DNA of 64,000 nucleotides from Candidatus Bathyarchaeia archaeon (GTDB lineage Archaea > Thermoproteota > Bathyarchaeia > Bathyarchaeales > Bathycorpusculaceae). The stretch covers positions 64,001 through 128,000 of the forward strand of contig JAVYWL010000004.1 of NCBI GenBank assembly GCA_038727135.1. Direction: 5' to 3'. Shown piece after piece: positions 30,214-40,074 of this stretch (positions are counted from its first letter, which is position 1; each line of letters starts with the position of its first letter). The translations under genes were made by a program, and so were the position numbers. A model generated the notes under the pieces. That model was not told the DNA's origin and ran no database searches. It saw only the letters and a program-made list of their open reading frames with translations.

Positions 30214-31566
30214 TTGAACCTTCTGCTTTATGGCGGAACCATAGTAACAATGCGTGGGAACGAAATAATCCGTGATGGAGCCATAGTAATAGAAGACGAG
30301 ACTATAATTGATGTTGGAAAGGCCGAGCAAATATTAAGAGAGTATGCAAGCGGCTATGAGAAGATAAACGCCAAAGGAAGGGTGGTGATTCCGGGGCTTA
30401 TAAACACTCATCAACATGCAGCCATGAGCCTTTTGAGGGGTTACGCTGACGACTTACCCTTGCAAGAGTGGCTTGAAAAGTGGATTTGGCCTATAGAAGG
30501 GTTGATGACGGCTGAAGACATCTATGTTGGCAGTTTGCTAACAGCCGTGGAATCCATAATGGGTGGCACAACAACCGTTAACACAATGTATCATTACATG
30601 CCCGAGGGAAATGAGGCGAAAGCCTTTGCGGATGCTGGTATTAGGGGTGTTGTTGGACATGTTTGCTTTTCATGGAGGAAAGATGAGGACAGGAGGGCGT
30701 TGGAGGATTTAGCCAAAAACTGGCATAATAAAGCTGGAGGGCTTATCCGCGTCAGCGTTGACCCTCACGCGCCTTACACTGTCGACCCAGAATACATGAA
30801 GGAACTTAAAGCTTTACGTGACGAATTCGACAAGAAGTATGGCTCTGAAAGGGCGCCAATTATATGGCATATCCACGTGGCTGAAACATTTGATGAGGCT
30901 GAAAAAGTTCGGAGAGTCTTCAGTGTTGATATGAAAGGCGGTGTGGTGGAGTATTTGGACTCTTTAGGAGTTTTAGACGAGCGTGTTGTTGCAGCCCACT
31001 GTGTGGCACTGACGGATAGGGATATGGCGTTAATGAAAGCCAGAGGCGTTAAGGTTTCCCATAACCCAATTTCGAATCTTAAGCTTGCTTCCGGCATAAG
31101 TCCCGTTCCAAGAATGTTGGAACATGGCATAACAGTCTCGCTTGGCACAGACAGTCCATGCTCTAACAATGCGGCGGACATGTTTGAGGTCATGAAGGTG
31201 GCAGCCCTGCTCCATAAGGGGGTTAGTCGAAATCCCACGGTGACGTCTGCGCAGCAAGTCCTAAAGATGGCAACTTTGGATGGCGCTAGGGCTTTATGCT
31301 GGGAAAACGAGATAGGCTCAATAGAGGCTGGGAAAAAGGCGGATTTAGTCATCATAAATTTTGAGAAGCCACACCTATGCCCACTATATAACGAATTTAG
31401 CCATCTGGTTTACGCCACAAAATCGGCGGATGTTGAAACTGTCATAATAAATGGTAAAATTGTTATGGAAAACAGGCGTCCAACAACCTTGAATGTTGAG
31501 AAGATTATGAAAATGGTTGAGAAAGCTAAAAACCGCCTTTTAGAAAAGCTTCAAGCGCAACATTAA
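30214..31566 (+). CDS. mtaD: MTA/SAH (5'-deoxyadenosine) deaminase, amidohydrolase family
   Basis: NTHQH, PHAPYT, HIHVAE, SNLKLASG, GTD. Confidence 0.85.
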   Translation: MNLLLYGGTIVTMRGNEIIRDGAIVIEDETIIDVGKAEQILREYASGYEKINAKGRVVIPGLINTHQHAAMSLLRGYADDLPLQEWLEKWIWPIEGLMTAEDIYVGSLLTAVESIMGGTTTVNTMYHYMPEGNEAKAFADAGIRGVVGHVCFSWRKDEDRRALEDLAKNWHNKAGGLIRVSVDPHAPYTVDPEYMKELKALRDEFDKKYGSERAPIIWHIHVAETFDEAEKVRRVFSVDMKGGVVEYLDSLGVLDERVVAAHCVALTDRDMALMKARGVKVSHNPISNLKLASGISPVPRMLEHGITVSLGTDSPCSNNAADMFEVMKVAALLHKGVSRNPTVTSAQQVLKMATLDGARALCWENEIGSIEAGKKADLVIINFEKPHLCPLYNEFSHLVYATKSADVETVIINGKIVMENRRPTTLNVEKIMKMVEKAKNRLLEKLQAQH

Positions 31567-31572
31567 ATAATT

Positions 31573-32862
31573 GTGGGTGAAAATGGCATAGCGGAAGGCG
31601 ATTTAATGGCAAGCTTTAAAGTTAAAGATGAAAGCCTAGCTCCAAAGGGGGCGCTACAAATAGAATGGGCTTCAAGACATATGCCCGTTCTAAACCAAAT
31701 CAAGAAAAGATTCAGCCAAGAAAAACCTTTAAAGGATGTTGTGCTCGGCGCATGCCTCCACGTCACAAAGGAGACAGCCGTGCTGGTTGACGTTTTCCTC
31801 GCTGGCGGTGCAAAAGTAGCCCTTTGCGGCTCCAATCCGCTTTCAACGCAGGATGAGGTGGCGGCTGCGCTGGCAGAGAAAGGCGTCCATGTTTACGCTT
31901 GGCGTGGTCAAACAAAAGACGAATACTACTGGTGCATTGAAAGGGTCGTAGACTATAAGCCCTTGATAACGTTGGACGACGGAGCAGACCTAGTCAGCAC
32001 AATTCACAGCAAAAGAACAGATGTACTGCCAAGCGTTAAGGGAGGCACCGAGGAGACAACAACGGGCGTCTTAAGGCTTAGAGCCATGGAAAGGTCTGGA
32101 ACCCTAAAATACGCGATAATAGCCGTTAATGACGCCTACACAAAATATTTGTTTGACAACCGTTATGGAACTGGGCAAAGCACAATAGACGGCATTTTAA
32201 GAACCACAAACATCCTTCTAGCCGGGAAAAACTTTGTTGTCTGCGGTTATGGATGGTGCGGCAGGGGAGTTGCAATGCGGGCGAGAGGAATGGGAGCCAA
32301 CGTAATAGTTACGGAAGTTAATCCTTTAAGGGCTCTAGAAGCAGTCATGGACGGCTTCCGCGTAATGCCCATAAGCGATGCAGCCGAAATAGGCGACATC
32401 TTCCTAACAACCACGGGCAACATAAACGTCATCAAAAAGGAGCATATGGAGAAAATGCGGGACGGAGCCATCCTCGCCAACAGCGGCCACTTCAACGTTG
32501 AAATAAGCCTAAAAGGCCTTGAAGAACTGGCAATCTCAAAAAGAACCGTTAGACCAAACCTTGAAGAATACACCTTAAAGGATGGTAGGAGGCTGTACTT
32601 GCTGGCTGAGGGAAGACTTGTAAACTTGGCGGCTGCCGAGGGACACCCGTCAGAAGTTATGGACATGTCCTTTGCAAACCAAGCCCTAAGCGTCGAACAC
32701 CTGGTCAAAAACGAGAAAATGCCGCCGAAAGTGTACCCTGTTCCAAGAGAGATAGACGAAATAGTGGCGAAATTGAAGCTTGAGGCAATCGGCGTAAAAA
32801 TAGACGAGTTGACAGAGGAGCAGAAAAGGTATTTGGCTGCATGGGAAATGGGAACAACATAG
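31573..32862 (+). CDS. ahcY: Adenosylhomocysteinase
   Basis: [24 protein letters not shown]. Confidence 0.97.
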   Translation: MGENGIAEGDLMASFKVKDESLAPKGALQIEWASRHMPVLNQIKKRFSQEKPLKDVVLGACLHVTKETAVLVDVFLAGGAKVALCGSNPLSTQDEVAAALAEKGVHVYAWRGQTKDEYYWCIERVVDYKPLITLDDGADLVSTIHSKRTDVLPSVKGGTEETTTGVLRLRAMERSGTLKYAIIAVNDAYTKYLFDNRYGTGQSTIDGILRTTNILLAGKNFVVCGYGWCGRGVAMRARGMGANVIVTEVNPLRALEAVMDGFRVMPISDAAEIGDIFLTTTGNINVIKKEHMEKMRDGAILANSGHFNVEISLKGLEELAISKRTVRPNLEEYTLKDGRRLYLLAEGRLVNLAAAEGHPSEVMDMSFANQALSVEHLVKNEKMPPKVYPVPREIDEIVAKLKLEAIGVKIDELTEEQKRYLAAWEMGTT

Positions 32863-32932
32863 CATCCCGCTTTCATGGTAAACTTTAAAAGGAGAACAAA
32901 CAATAAACATGGCTTTGTGTGGTGAAACGTAA

Positions 32933-33298
32933 ATGGTAAGCAAAGATCAATCAATAGGAGGCGCAATATTCATCATATGCCTCATAATAGCAATATTCTA
33001 TGTGGTAACACTATTCTATCCAGACTGGATTGTGAATTTAGGCTGGGCAAGTAGCAGGAACGCTGTTCAGTTTTGGCTCATTGCGATACCAGTTTTCATA
33101 GCTTTTATAGCCATAATGGGTATTGGTGCTTGGATAGGCTGGACTATGGCCACGACACCACCACCAAAGCCTATAGAAGAGATAACAAGCGAGATCGAAG
33201 AGGAAGAGAAAAAGGAAGAGGCGGCTAAGGAGCCTACAGAAGCTGCTGAAACAGAAGAGAAGGCAGAGGAGAAGGGAAAGGGTAAAACCAAAAAGTAG
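32933..33298 (+). CDS. Conserved archaeal two-TM protein with charged tail
   Basis: WIGWTMATTPPPKPIEEI. Confidence 0.75.
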   Translation: MVSKDQSIGGAIFIICLIIAIFYVVTLFYPDWIVNLGWASSRNAVQFWLIAIPVFIAFIAIMGIGAWIGWTMATTPPPKPIEEITSEIEEEEKKEEAAKEPTEAAETEEKAEEKGKGKTKK

Positions 33299-33309
33299 TG
33301 CGTAATGCT

Positions 33310-33681
33310 TTATAATCCCAACATTTTAAATGCGAAGTGTAAAGCGACGTTTATTGCTGCGGCTATACCAAAAACCAACAGTATTATTTTTGGCGAGAAA
33401 GATGTGAGAGAACCCTCCTCGCCTTTCGGCTGAATCTCATACGCTGTTATTTCTTGGGTTTCAGCGTCCACGTGAATTATGGCTGTGAGCTTCTTCATCT
33501 CCACTTCAACCGTGTAGATTCCCTCTTCTAGAGAGACCCTCTTAGGTTTTATTCCTCCTTTGTGCCCTATCCTCTTAAGAAAGCCGGTGGCAATGGCTGT
33601 TACTGATTCAGCGTTCAGTCTCTTCATCTGCGCCGTGGGAGTGACGACACCTGGAGCTTTTTTCTGCAGAACCGCCGACAA
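33310..33681 (-). CDS. Hypothetical protein, PepSY-like fold with C-terminal TM
   Basis: YTVEVE...IHVDAETQEI; hydrophobic C-terminus. Confidence 0.6.
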   Translation of the reverse strand: MSAVLQKKAPGVVTPTAQMKRLNAESVTAIATGFLKRIGHKGGIKPKRVSLEEGIYTVEVEMKKLTAIIHVDAETQEITAYEIQPKGEEGSLTSFSPKIILLVFGIAAAINVALHFAFKMLGL

Positions 33682-33755
33682 TTATGGTGTCTCCTACCCA
33701 TTTTGGAGGCGTGCTGGATGCTTAAAAGAAGGTGTGTGTATCATTGGCAACCAAC

Positions 33756-34145
33756 CTACTCTGTTATAGTTTTAAGCATGCACTGCACTATCTTTTCGCA
33801 TACAATACACTCTTCTGGGACACCTTCTTTTGATGAGCGCTTGCTTAAATATCCAAAATAATGTTTACATTCGGTTTTCTCTGGAATTGCTTGAATTTCA
33901 CGCTTTTCTTCGGTTAATGGTTTTCCTCCAACTTTGTTTTCTTCTGCTGGAATTTTCGGTTCCGAGGCAGATATGAGAACCTCTTTTTCAACAGTTATCT
34001 CCGTTAGGCAGTAGGGACATGCCTCATAAACGGCACCGCTTCCCACATTTTCAACCTTTATCGGGTTTGTGAAGTTTTTCCCACAGAGGGGGTTTGGGCA
34101 CGTGTGGCTTTTATTTTCTTCGGGGTCTTCCCTCTTCTTTTTCGT
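33756..34145 (-). CDS. Cys-rich zinc-finger protein; probable ACG start
   Basis: In-frame upstream CPNPLC pairs with CPYC; C-terminal CKHYFGYL...CIVC...C; GGAGG 8 nt before ACG 34145. Confidence 0.6.
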   Translation of the reverse strand, partial: TKKKREDPEENKSHTCPNPLCGKNFTNPIKVENVGSGAVYEACPYCLTEITVEKEVLISASEPKIPAEENKVGGKPLTEEKREIQAIPEKTECKHYFGYLSKRSSKEGVPEECIVCEKIVQCMLKTITE

Positions 34146-34234
34146 GGATTGTTCCTCCTTAAATTAGAATTGGACTCCGAGTTTATAGTGTTGATGAATC
34201 CAAAATACTTATCCTAACTAATCTTCGCGCAGTG

Positions 34235-34813
34235 TTATGGGGATGCAAGTTTTTCTAGGTCTTTTTCGCCTTCAGCGTAGCCTGAAGCAATTAGGATGTC
34301 GCCAACTTGTATCCGCGTGTCTGGTTTTGGGCGTATGCATTTGTCCCCTCTTTTTATGGCTAGAACCCACATGCCCGTCTCCTCGGGGATTTTTGCCTCC
34401 CGCAAAGTTTTGTTTACCAAGGGCGATTTTTCCGTCACCTTTGTGTACGTGATTGTTTCTTCAGCTTCTTCTATGGCGAGAGCCAACACTGGGTGGGGTT
34501 CTATGCCCCTTAAAACAACTTCAGCTATTTGTGCGGCAGCGTCGGCAATTTTCTCTGTTACAACGCCAAGCCTTATCAGCCCTAAAAAGCCTTTAGCCTC
34601 TTCCCTTTTGAATTTGCTTGATAGGACTAGTAGTTCAAATTCTGTGTGCAGCTTATCCATGTATTCTTCGAGTTTTTGGACTTCTTCGGCTAGCTCTTTG
34701 CTATTTAGGAGCAGCGATGAATAAGCAAGGTCAATCATTAGTTCTGATGTGTCTTTAAGCTCTACGAAGCGTTCGACGATTTCTTCAAATTTTTTCTGGC
34801 TTTTTCCCGCCAC
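34235..34813 (-). CDS. PhoU + TrkA-C (RCK_C) domain protein
   Basis: KDTSELMIDLAYS; C-terminal RCK_C GDILIASG. Confidence 0.9.
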   Translation of the reverse strand: MAGKSQKKFEEIVERFVELKDTSELMIDLAYSSLLLNSKELAEEVQKLEEYMDKLHTEFELLVLSSKFKREEAKGFLGLIRLGVVTEKIADAAAQIAEVVLRGIEPHPVLALAIEEAEETITYTKVTEKSPLVNKTLREAKIPEETGMWVLAIKRGDKCIRPKPDTRIQVGDILIASGYAEGEKDLEKLASP

Positions 34814-34815
34814 AA

Positions 34816-35424
34816 CTAGTCCTCCAGTTTGTCAAGTTTTCCCTCGCAGAGTTCCTTTAGCTCTCTTAATCCTTCATGGGTGCCGCGGGCAATGAGAATG
34901 TCGCCAGCCTTAACCTTCTCTTTTCCTTTCGGGTTTATTACCCAGTCGTTTTCTCTGAATATGGCGATTATGTCTATGCCCATTCTCGGGGCTAGTTCAA
35001 GCTCGCCTATCTCCTTCCCAACAAGAACCGATTTTTCGTTTACCTTGGCTTTTGCCAGACGTTCTTCAACCCTTTCGAATATTTCGCTTACGATAGGGTG
35101 AACGCCTATATTTTGAGTTACTATTGCTGCTATGTCTGCGGCAGCGTCTGAAATTTTGTCCGCGGCAGCGGCTACTTTCGAAACTCCGACAAGTACTTCT
35201 GCGTCTTTTGCGTCTCTTGCAGCCACCATGGTGGCCATTTCCAAGTGGTAAGCCAGTGTGTCTATGCGTTTTTCCAGTTCCAAAACGTCTTCAGCCAAGT
35301 CTTTGTCGTTAAAGAGGGCTGCTGAATAAGCCAAGTCTATCATTAGTTCGGAGAGGTTTTTCATTTCGCGGAGAACTTCCCTCACTGTTACTGGTTTATA
35401 CTCGATTTTTTCAAATTGAGGCAT
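34816..35424 (-). CDS. PhoU + TrkA-C (RCK_C) domain protein, paralog
   Basis: KNLSELMIDLAYS; GDILIARG. Confidence 0.9.
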   Translation of the reverse strand: MPQFEKIEYKPVTVREVLREMKNLSELMIDLAYSAALFNDKDLAEDVLELEKRIDTLAYHLEMATMVAARDAKDAEVLVGVSKVAAAADKISDAAADIAAIVTQNIGVHPIVSEIFERVEERLAKAKVNEKSVLVGKEIGELELAPRMGIDIIAIFRENDWVINPKGKEKVKAGDILIARGTHEGLRELKELCEGKLDKLED

Positions 35425-35506
35425 AGCGTTTTGGGCTCTCCAACCAGATATTTTAGCAGTAGGGGATATTTTAACCCTTATCCCAAGGACTGGCTTTCGA
35501 AACGGT

Positions 35507-36706
35507 TCAAGCTAGTATGCCAGCCCATAAGACAAGCGCCACGAGAAGCGAAATTGTTGTTATGCTGTCGGCAAGGGAACTCTCTATTGGAATTTCAAAA
35601 TTGTCCGGGTCTAAACCCCTCTGGTAAGTTAGGATGGCAACGGAATAGGAAACCAAGATTATTAAAGAAGCAGCGAAAATGTTGACTGTGAAAAGGAAAA
35701 ACGTAAAAGCTACAAGGCTTATTGGGGCAAATGTTCCAGTTATTAACAAGCCTAGAATAGAGTAAGCAAAATACATTATTAGCGACGCTGCCCACGCGCC
35801 TGAAATCTCCATCCAATGGCTTTTCAGAGAAGAAAGTGACGCCTTAAGAGTTCCAAGGGCAAGTTTTGTTGTGGCTGTTGAGCCTACAACAGCGCCCACA
35901 TCACCTATAGTGTCAATTAAAGCTGGATAAACAACATAAACTTGGCTAAGCTCTTTCCCACGTATGAGTTCTTCCACTCTGCCCAGCGTGGCTCCGGCAA
36001 CGTTAACAATGAAAGAGACTAAGACAAGCGTTAATAGAGACTCTTTTAATGTTCTGATGAACTCTGGCTCTTTTGCATTTTTAACCAAAAAGAATATAGA
36101 GGTTAACATCAGTGCCAAACTTATAAAAGTGAAAATGTAGCCCCAAAGAAGGCTGTTGGCAAGGAAGAGACCAAGCACCATGACATAAATTGAGGTTATT
36201 AGGAGATCTGCTACCGTGGACTCTATCGGGTATAAGATTATGTCTGGGTCAAGCCCATGCTTGAAGGAGATGAAAGAAACTGTCAACGTCAGCGGGGAAA
36301 TAACAACCAATGCCAAAGCCATTGTAGCCATAAAAACATTTATCAAACCCAAAAACTCTCCAAAGCCCCCAATAAAGGCTGCAATTAGGCTCATCATGAG
36401 GCTTGCTTCAAAAGTCATAATCACGATTGCTTGGAAGAGCAAATAGAAGCTTTTGGTGTTTCCAAAAAGGCGAGGTTGAACTGTTCCAAGGTGCAAGGCG
36501 GTGCTTAAACGTCCACAAAATAAGCCGCCTATAACCCCACGGGCACTGAGGATCGGTGGATAAATTACAACTGCCCATGGTGCTTTTGCAAAAAGACCGG
36601 AGTTATAGGCTATTATTGTTCCCGCAGCTATCCCGAAAATGTTAAAGGCATAAGCCATCACTGACTGCTTCAAGGTTTCAGCGAATCGCGGTTTAATCAA
36701 AGCCAT
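35507..36706 (-). CDS. mgtE: MgtE-family divalent cation transporter (duplicated membrane domain)
   Basis: GLDPD...PIES..AD motif present twice. Confidence 0.88.
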   Translation of the reverse strand: MALIKPRFAETLKQSVMAYAFNIFGIAAGTIIAYNSGLFAKAPWAVVIYPPILSARGVIGGLFCGRLSTALHLGTVQPRLFGNTKSFYLLFQAIVIMTFEASLMMSLIAAFIGGFGEFLGLINVFMATMALALVVISPLTLTVSFISFKHGLDPDIILYPIESTVADLLITSIYVMVLGLFLANSLLWGYIFTFISLALMLTSIFFLVKNAKEPEFIRTLKESLLTLVLVSFIVNVAGATLGRVEELIRGKELSQVYVVYPALIDTIGDVGAVVGSTATTKLALGTLKASLSSLKSHWMEISGAWAASLIMYFAYSILGLLITGTFAPISLVAFTFFLFTVNIFAASLIILVSYSVAILTYQRGLDPDNFEIPIESSLADSITTISLLVALVLWAGILA

Positions 36707-37099
36707 AAATTAACCTCCTCCAAAGTCTCGCCGGACCTTTGGTAGAAAACTGTGGAACAAGGCAAGGGAGGCTGTGGGTGAAAATACTTTTTTACATAGA
36801 ATTTTTCATGGGCACGGCTGGGCATTTGATGGTTCCTGTTTCTTTCTTTTGGCGTGCCGTTGGCTAGCTTCATCATTTTCGCCTTCTTGGCTTTCCCCGT
36901 TTTTCTCCATCCATAGGCACTCCTTCAAAGCAGCTTTTTCCAGCGTGCCCTCAAACTCCACCTTTTATATCGCTCCCAAACCTCTTACAATTGGTGAGCA
37001 ACTCCCTTAATTATTTTTCCGGCAAATCCAAAATCCATATCTAAAATTCATAACTGTTTTAATTAGCCAGTCTCCAAATTTACAGTACACTGGTGAAAA

Positions 37100-37285
37100 G
37101 TGTTGTATGCTATATGGGTAAAGATTGATGAAACAATGCCATGGATTGAGCTTAGCGGAACATATCAGACAAGAGAAGAGGCTAGGAAAGTGGCTAATGA
37201 ACTTTTAAGCAAAATGAGGATAAAAATCGTTAAGGTTGAGGAAAAGCGAAGACAAATGAAGGCTATAGTGATGGTAAAGCGGTGA
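37100..37285 (+). CDS. Small hypothetical protein
   Basis: 61-aa ORF with SD GGTGA. Confidence 0.55.
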   Translation: MLYAIWVKIDETMPWIELSGTYQTREEARKVANELLSKMRIKIVKVEEKRRQMKAIVMVKR

Positions 37286-37319
37286 AACTAACTTAAACCT
37301 CAAACTTTCCTTTCCAGTT

Positions 37320-37715
37320 TTAAGTTTTTGATAAAGGATGGCATGTGGCGCACTTGCACTCCTTGAGGGTTGGCAGGTCTTCTTGATGAAGTTTGCAGAT
37401 AACCTTTTCATACCTTATGGTGGCGCATATTTCGCAAAGCCTTTCTATGATGCTTTCTGGTGTTGCGCCTTCTTTGGCGAGGGTTTCAGCAAGCTTTGAT
37501 ATCATTTTCATGACGTCTTCGGATTGGGCTATTTCGTTTGCGAGTGTTGCTCCTCTTTCACCTTTGAAATATTGGGTTATGGCGGCTGGGGTTAGCTCCA
37601 TTTTTTCAGAAGCCTCAATTTTCCGCATGTTATGTTTTTCTATAAGCTCTTTGGTTACCAGCACTCTTATTGCTGGGAGGAGATATTTTACTACAATTAC
37701 GCATGGTGGTTTCAA
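37320..37715 (-). CDS. HTH transcriptional regulator with Cys-rich C-terminus (COG2522-like)
   Basis: MKPPC, LTPAAITQYFKGERG, CEIC...CKLH...CKCATC. Confidence 0.85.
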   Translation of the reverse strand: MKPPCVIVVKYLLPAIRVLVTKELIEKHNMRKIEASEKMELTPAAITQYFKGERGATLANEIAQSEDVMKMISKLAETLAKEGATPESIIERLCEICATIRYEKVICKLHQEDLPTLKECKCATCHPLSKT

Positions 37716-37755
37716 GGTTTTTCCCTAGTTATTTTTGGCGGTAGGTTTATATATT

Positions 37756-37790
37756 TTTAACGGCGTTAAATAAGTTTTAACGGTGTTAAA
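37756..37790. promoter_or_regulatory. Tandem palindromic operator TTTAAC-N3-GTTAAA x2
   Basis: Copies at 37756-37770 and 37776-37790, between TATA (TTTATATA 37746-37753) and ATG 37791. Confidence 0.8.
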
Positions 37791-39515
37791 ATGGCTGAAA
37801 TTCACCTAATCAAACTAGAAGAACTCAACGAGCACGAAGAAACAGACCCAGAACACTTAAAAGAACTAATACGACAAATAGCCGCAGATAAAATCCTAAA
37901 GCACCCAATAGTTGTCGACGAAAAAACAAACACGATACTGGATGGAGAACACCGCTTCAATGCCCTCAAAAGCCTTGGATGCAAAAGAATCCCGGTGATT
38001 TACGTGGATTATAGCTCTCCAAACATAGTGGTTCAAACATGGAGAAATGATTACAACCTAACGAAGAGGGACGTAATAGAAGCAGCCCTATCTAGGAAGC
38101 GTTTTCCACCTAAAACAACATGCCACATGATAAAGAACAGCGAAACCCTATCGCATATATCGTCAATTGAAAAAAGGGTTGACGTCCCCTTAGAAGTGCT
38201 GAAAAGCGAACTCACACTTACACCCATAAAGCGCATAAAAGCCGCCATGAATGTTGAACTCGCAGATGTTCTACCAACATATACTAGATTCCTTAAAACA
38301 GAAGTCGTCGATGTCCCCCTAATAATGGATAAAAGAACAGGCGTTTTAATACATGGCTATGAAGCCTTTCAAGCACTCGACCTACTTTCGGTAGAGAAAG
38401 CACCCACCTTTAGAGTGAACTTGAAGGAAGTGGAAATCAAAGCATCAAACATGGAAAACTTTTCTAAGGAGAGAATTATTAAGGCTGGGATTAAGGGGCC
38501 AAAACTTCCACCAAAAAGTTTCACTCTTCTATCAGAACCAGTCAAAATTAACGTTCCACTGAAAAAGTTGATGACCAAAAGGAGGCAAAGCCGCAGGGTG
38601 CTAAAAGTTTACAATAGCACTTTAGAACTGCTTTACGAGGGTTGGCCGACCCCGCTCGTAAAGTTAAATTCCCTTTCTTCCGCTTCCCGGAGTGTTTGGG
38701 CTAAGCTTGAATGCTACAATCCCTTCAGTAACAGCGTAAAAGACAGAATAGGCTGGGCCATGATTAAAGAGGCGGTGGAAAACGGAAAACTTAAAACAGC
38801 TTTGTATGAGGCAACATCCACAAACACTGGAATAGCCCTAACCTCCATAGCCAACATCCTCGGCGTGAAGACAAGGCTTTACATACCAAAAACCATACAG
38901 AGGGCAAGCGACACTTACCTAAAAGTTCTAGGAGCAGAAGTTGTAAGGCTTCCGGTAGGCCTAACCGTCGAGGCAATAAGCCAAGTAGAAAAGGAGGCAA
39001 AAACCGATAAGGCCGCCCACTTAAACCAGTTCGAAAACGACGCCAACTTCAAAGTCCACCTAAAATACACAGCCAGAGAAATAGATGAACAGCTAAACAG
39101 TCGAGGCTTAAAGCCCACATGCATAATCGGAGGACTTGGAACATCAGGACACATGAGCGCCATATCCCACTACTTCAAAACCAAATACGGAGACAGCGTA
39201 AAAATTGTGGGCGTCCAACCAGCCCAAAACGAGGTTATCCCGGGCATAAGGCGAATAGAAACCGGCATGAAATGGTTTCATAACGCAACTTTCGACGAAA
39301 TAGTAGACGTGAAACAGACAGAAGCCATAGAAGCCGCAATAGAATTAGCGCGAAAAGAGGGTCTCATAATAGGGTTAAGCTCCGGAGCTGTTGCCCACGC
39401 CTTTCAAAAAACCGCCGGGGAAAAAGGCGTATACGTTCTAATTTTCCCAGACAGCGGATACAAATACGTGGAACAGTTCGAAAAATACTTGGCAAGTGTT
39501 CCGCCGAAAAACTAG
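37791..39515 (+). CDS. SerK/ParB-like serine kinase fused to PLP-dependent cysteine synthase (O-phosphoserine sulfhydrylase type)
   Basis: N-terminal HEE, LDGEHR, FPPKTTCH and a second ParB-like repeat; C-terminal WPTPLVKL, NPFSNSVKDR, GTSGH. Confidence 0.82.
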   Translation: MAEIHLIKLEELNEHEETDPEHLKELIRQIAADKILKHPIVVDEKTNTILDGEHRFNALKSLGCKRIPVIYVDYSSPNIVVQTWRNDYNLTKRDVIEAALSRKRFPPKTTCHMIKNSETLSHISSIEKRVDVPLEVLKSELTLTPIKRIKAAMNVELADVLPTYTRFLKTEVVDVPLIMDKRTGVLIHGYEAFQALDLLSVEKAPTFRVNLKEVEIKASNMENFSKERIIKAGIKGPKLPPKSFTLLSEPVKINVPLKKLMTKRRQSRRVLKVYNSTLELLYEGWPTPLVKLNSLSSASRSVWAKLECYNPFSNSVKDRIGWAMIKEAVENGKLKTALYEATSTNTGIALTSIANILGVKTRLYIPKTIQRASDTYLKVLGAEVVRLPVGLTVEAISQVEKEAKTDKAAHLNQFENDANFKVHLKYTAREIDEQLNSRGLKPTCIIGGLGTSGHMSAISHYFKTKYGDSVKIVGVQPAQNEVIPGIRRIETGMKWFHNATFDEIVDVKQTEAIEAAIELARKEGLIIGLSSGAVAHAFQKTAGEKGVYVLIFPDSGYKYVEQFEKYLASVPPKN

Positions 39516-39648
39516 AGGGGGTATCCAATTTAACAATTTTCAGACCGCTAAAATTGACGTTTGAAAGACGGAACGAGAAATTTGCTTTTAGCCTTCAGTG
39601 GCATGAATAAGTTTTTAAGCACCCTTTGTCCTTCTAAATGGGTTCAGA

Positions 39649-40062
39649 TTGTTAATGAAAGATTTAGCCACACTTAAAGTGAAAGTCAGCAGAATTATGA
39701 CAAGAAACTTAATCACGGTTTCGGTGGGCAGCACAGTGGAAGAAGCCGTGAAAAGGATGATTGACAGTGATGTGGAATGTCTACCGGTTATAGACTCAAA
39801 AGGAATTTTACGTGGCTTACTAACCTTCAGAGACATAATCACAAAGGCCGTTTATTCACAAGCCGATGTAAGAAAGCTAAAAGTTGAAGACATAATGACA
39901 AAAGACCTTGTAACATGCAAACGCAACGACACTGTTCTTGATGTTGTCAAAACGATGAAGAATAAGCATCTTAGAAGAATCCCAGTTGTAAACACCAAAA
40001 ACAAACTTGTAGGCCTAATAACAGACTTTGACCTGGCACTGTTCGGATGGAACTTCAAATAA
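39649..40062 (+). CDS. CBS-pair protein
   Basis: Two CBS repeats (LPVID...GLLTFRD; IPVVN...GLITDFD). Confidence 0.92.
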   Translation: MLMKDLATLKVKVSRIMTRNLITVSVGSTVEEAVKRMIDSDVECLPVIDSKGILRGLLTFRDIITKAVYSQADVRKLKVEDIMTKDLVTCKRNDTVLDVVKTMKNKHLRRIPVVNTKNKLVGLITDFDLALFGWNFK

Positions 40063-40074
40063 GTTCTAAGGTTA

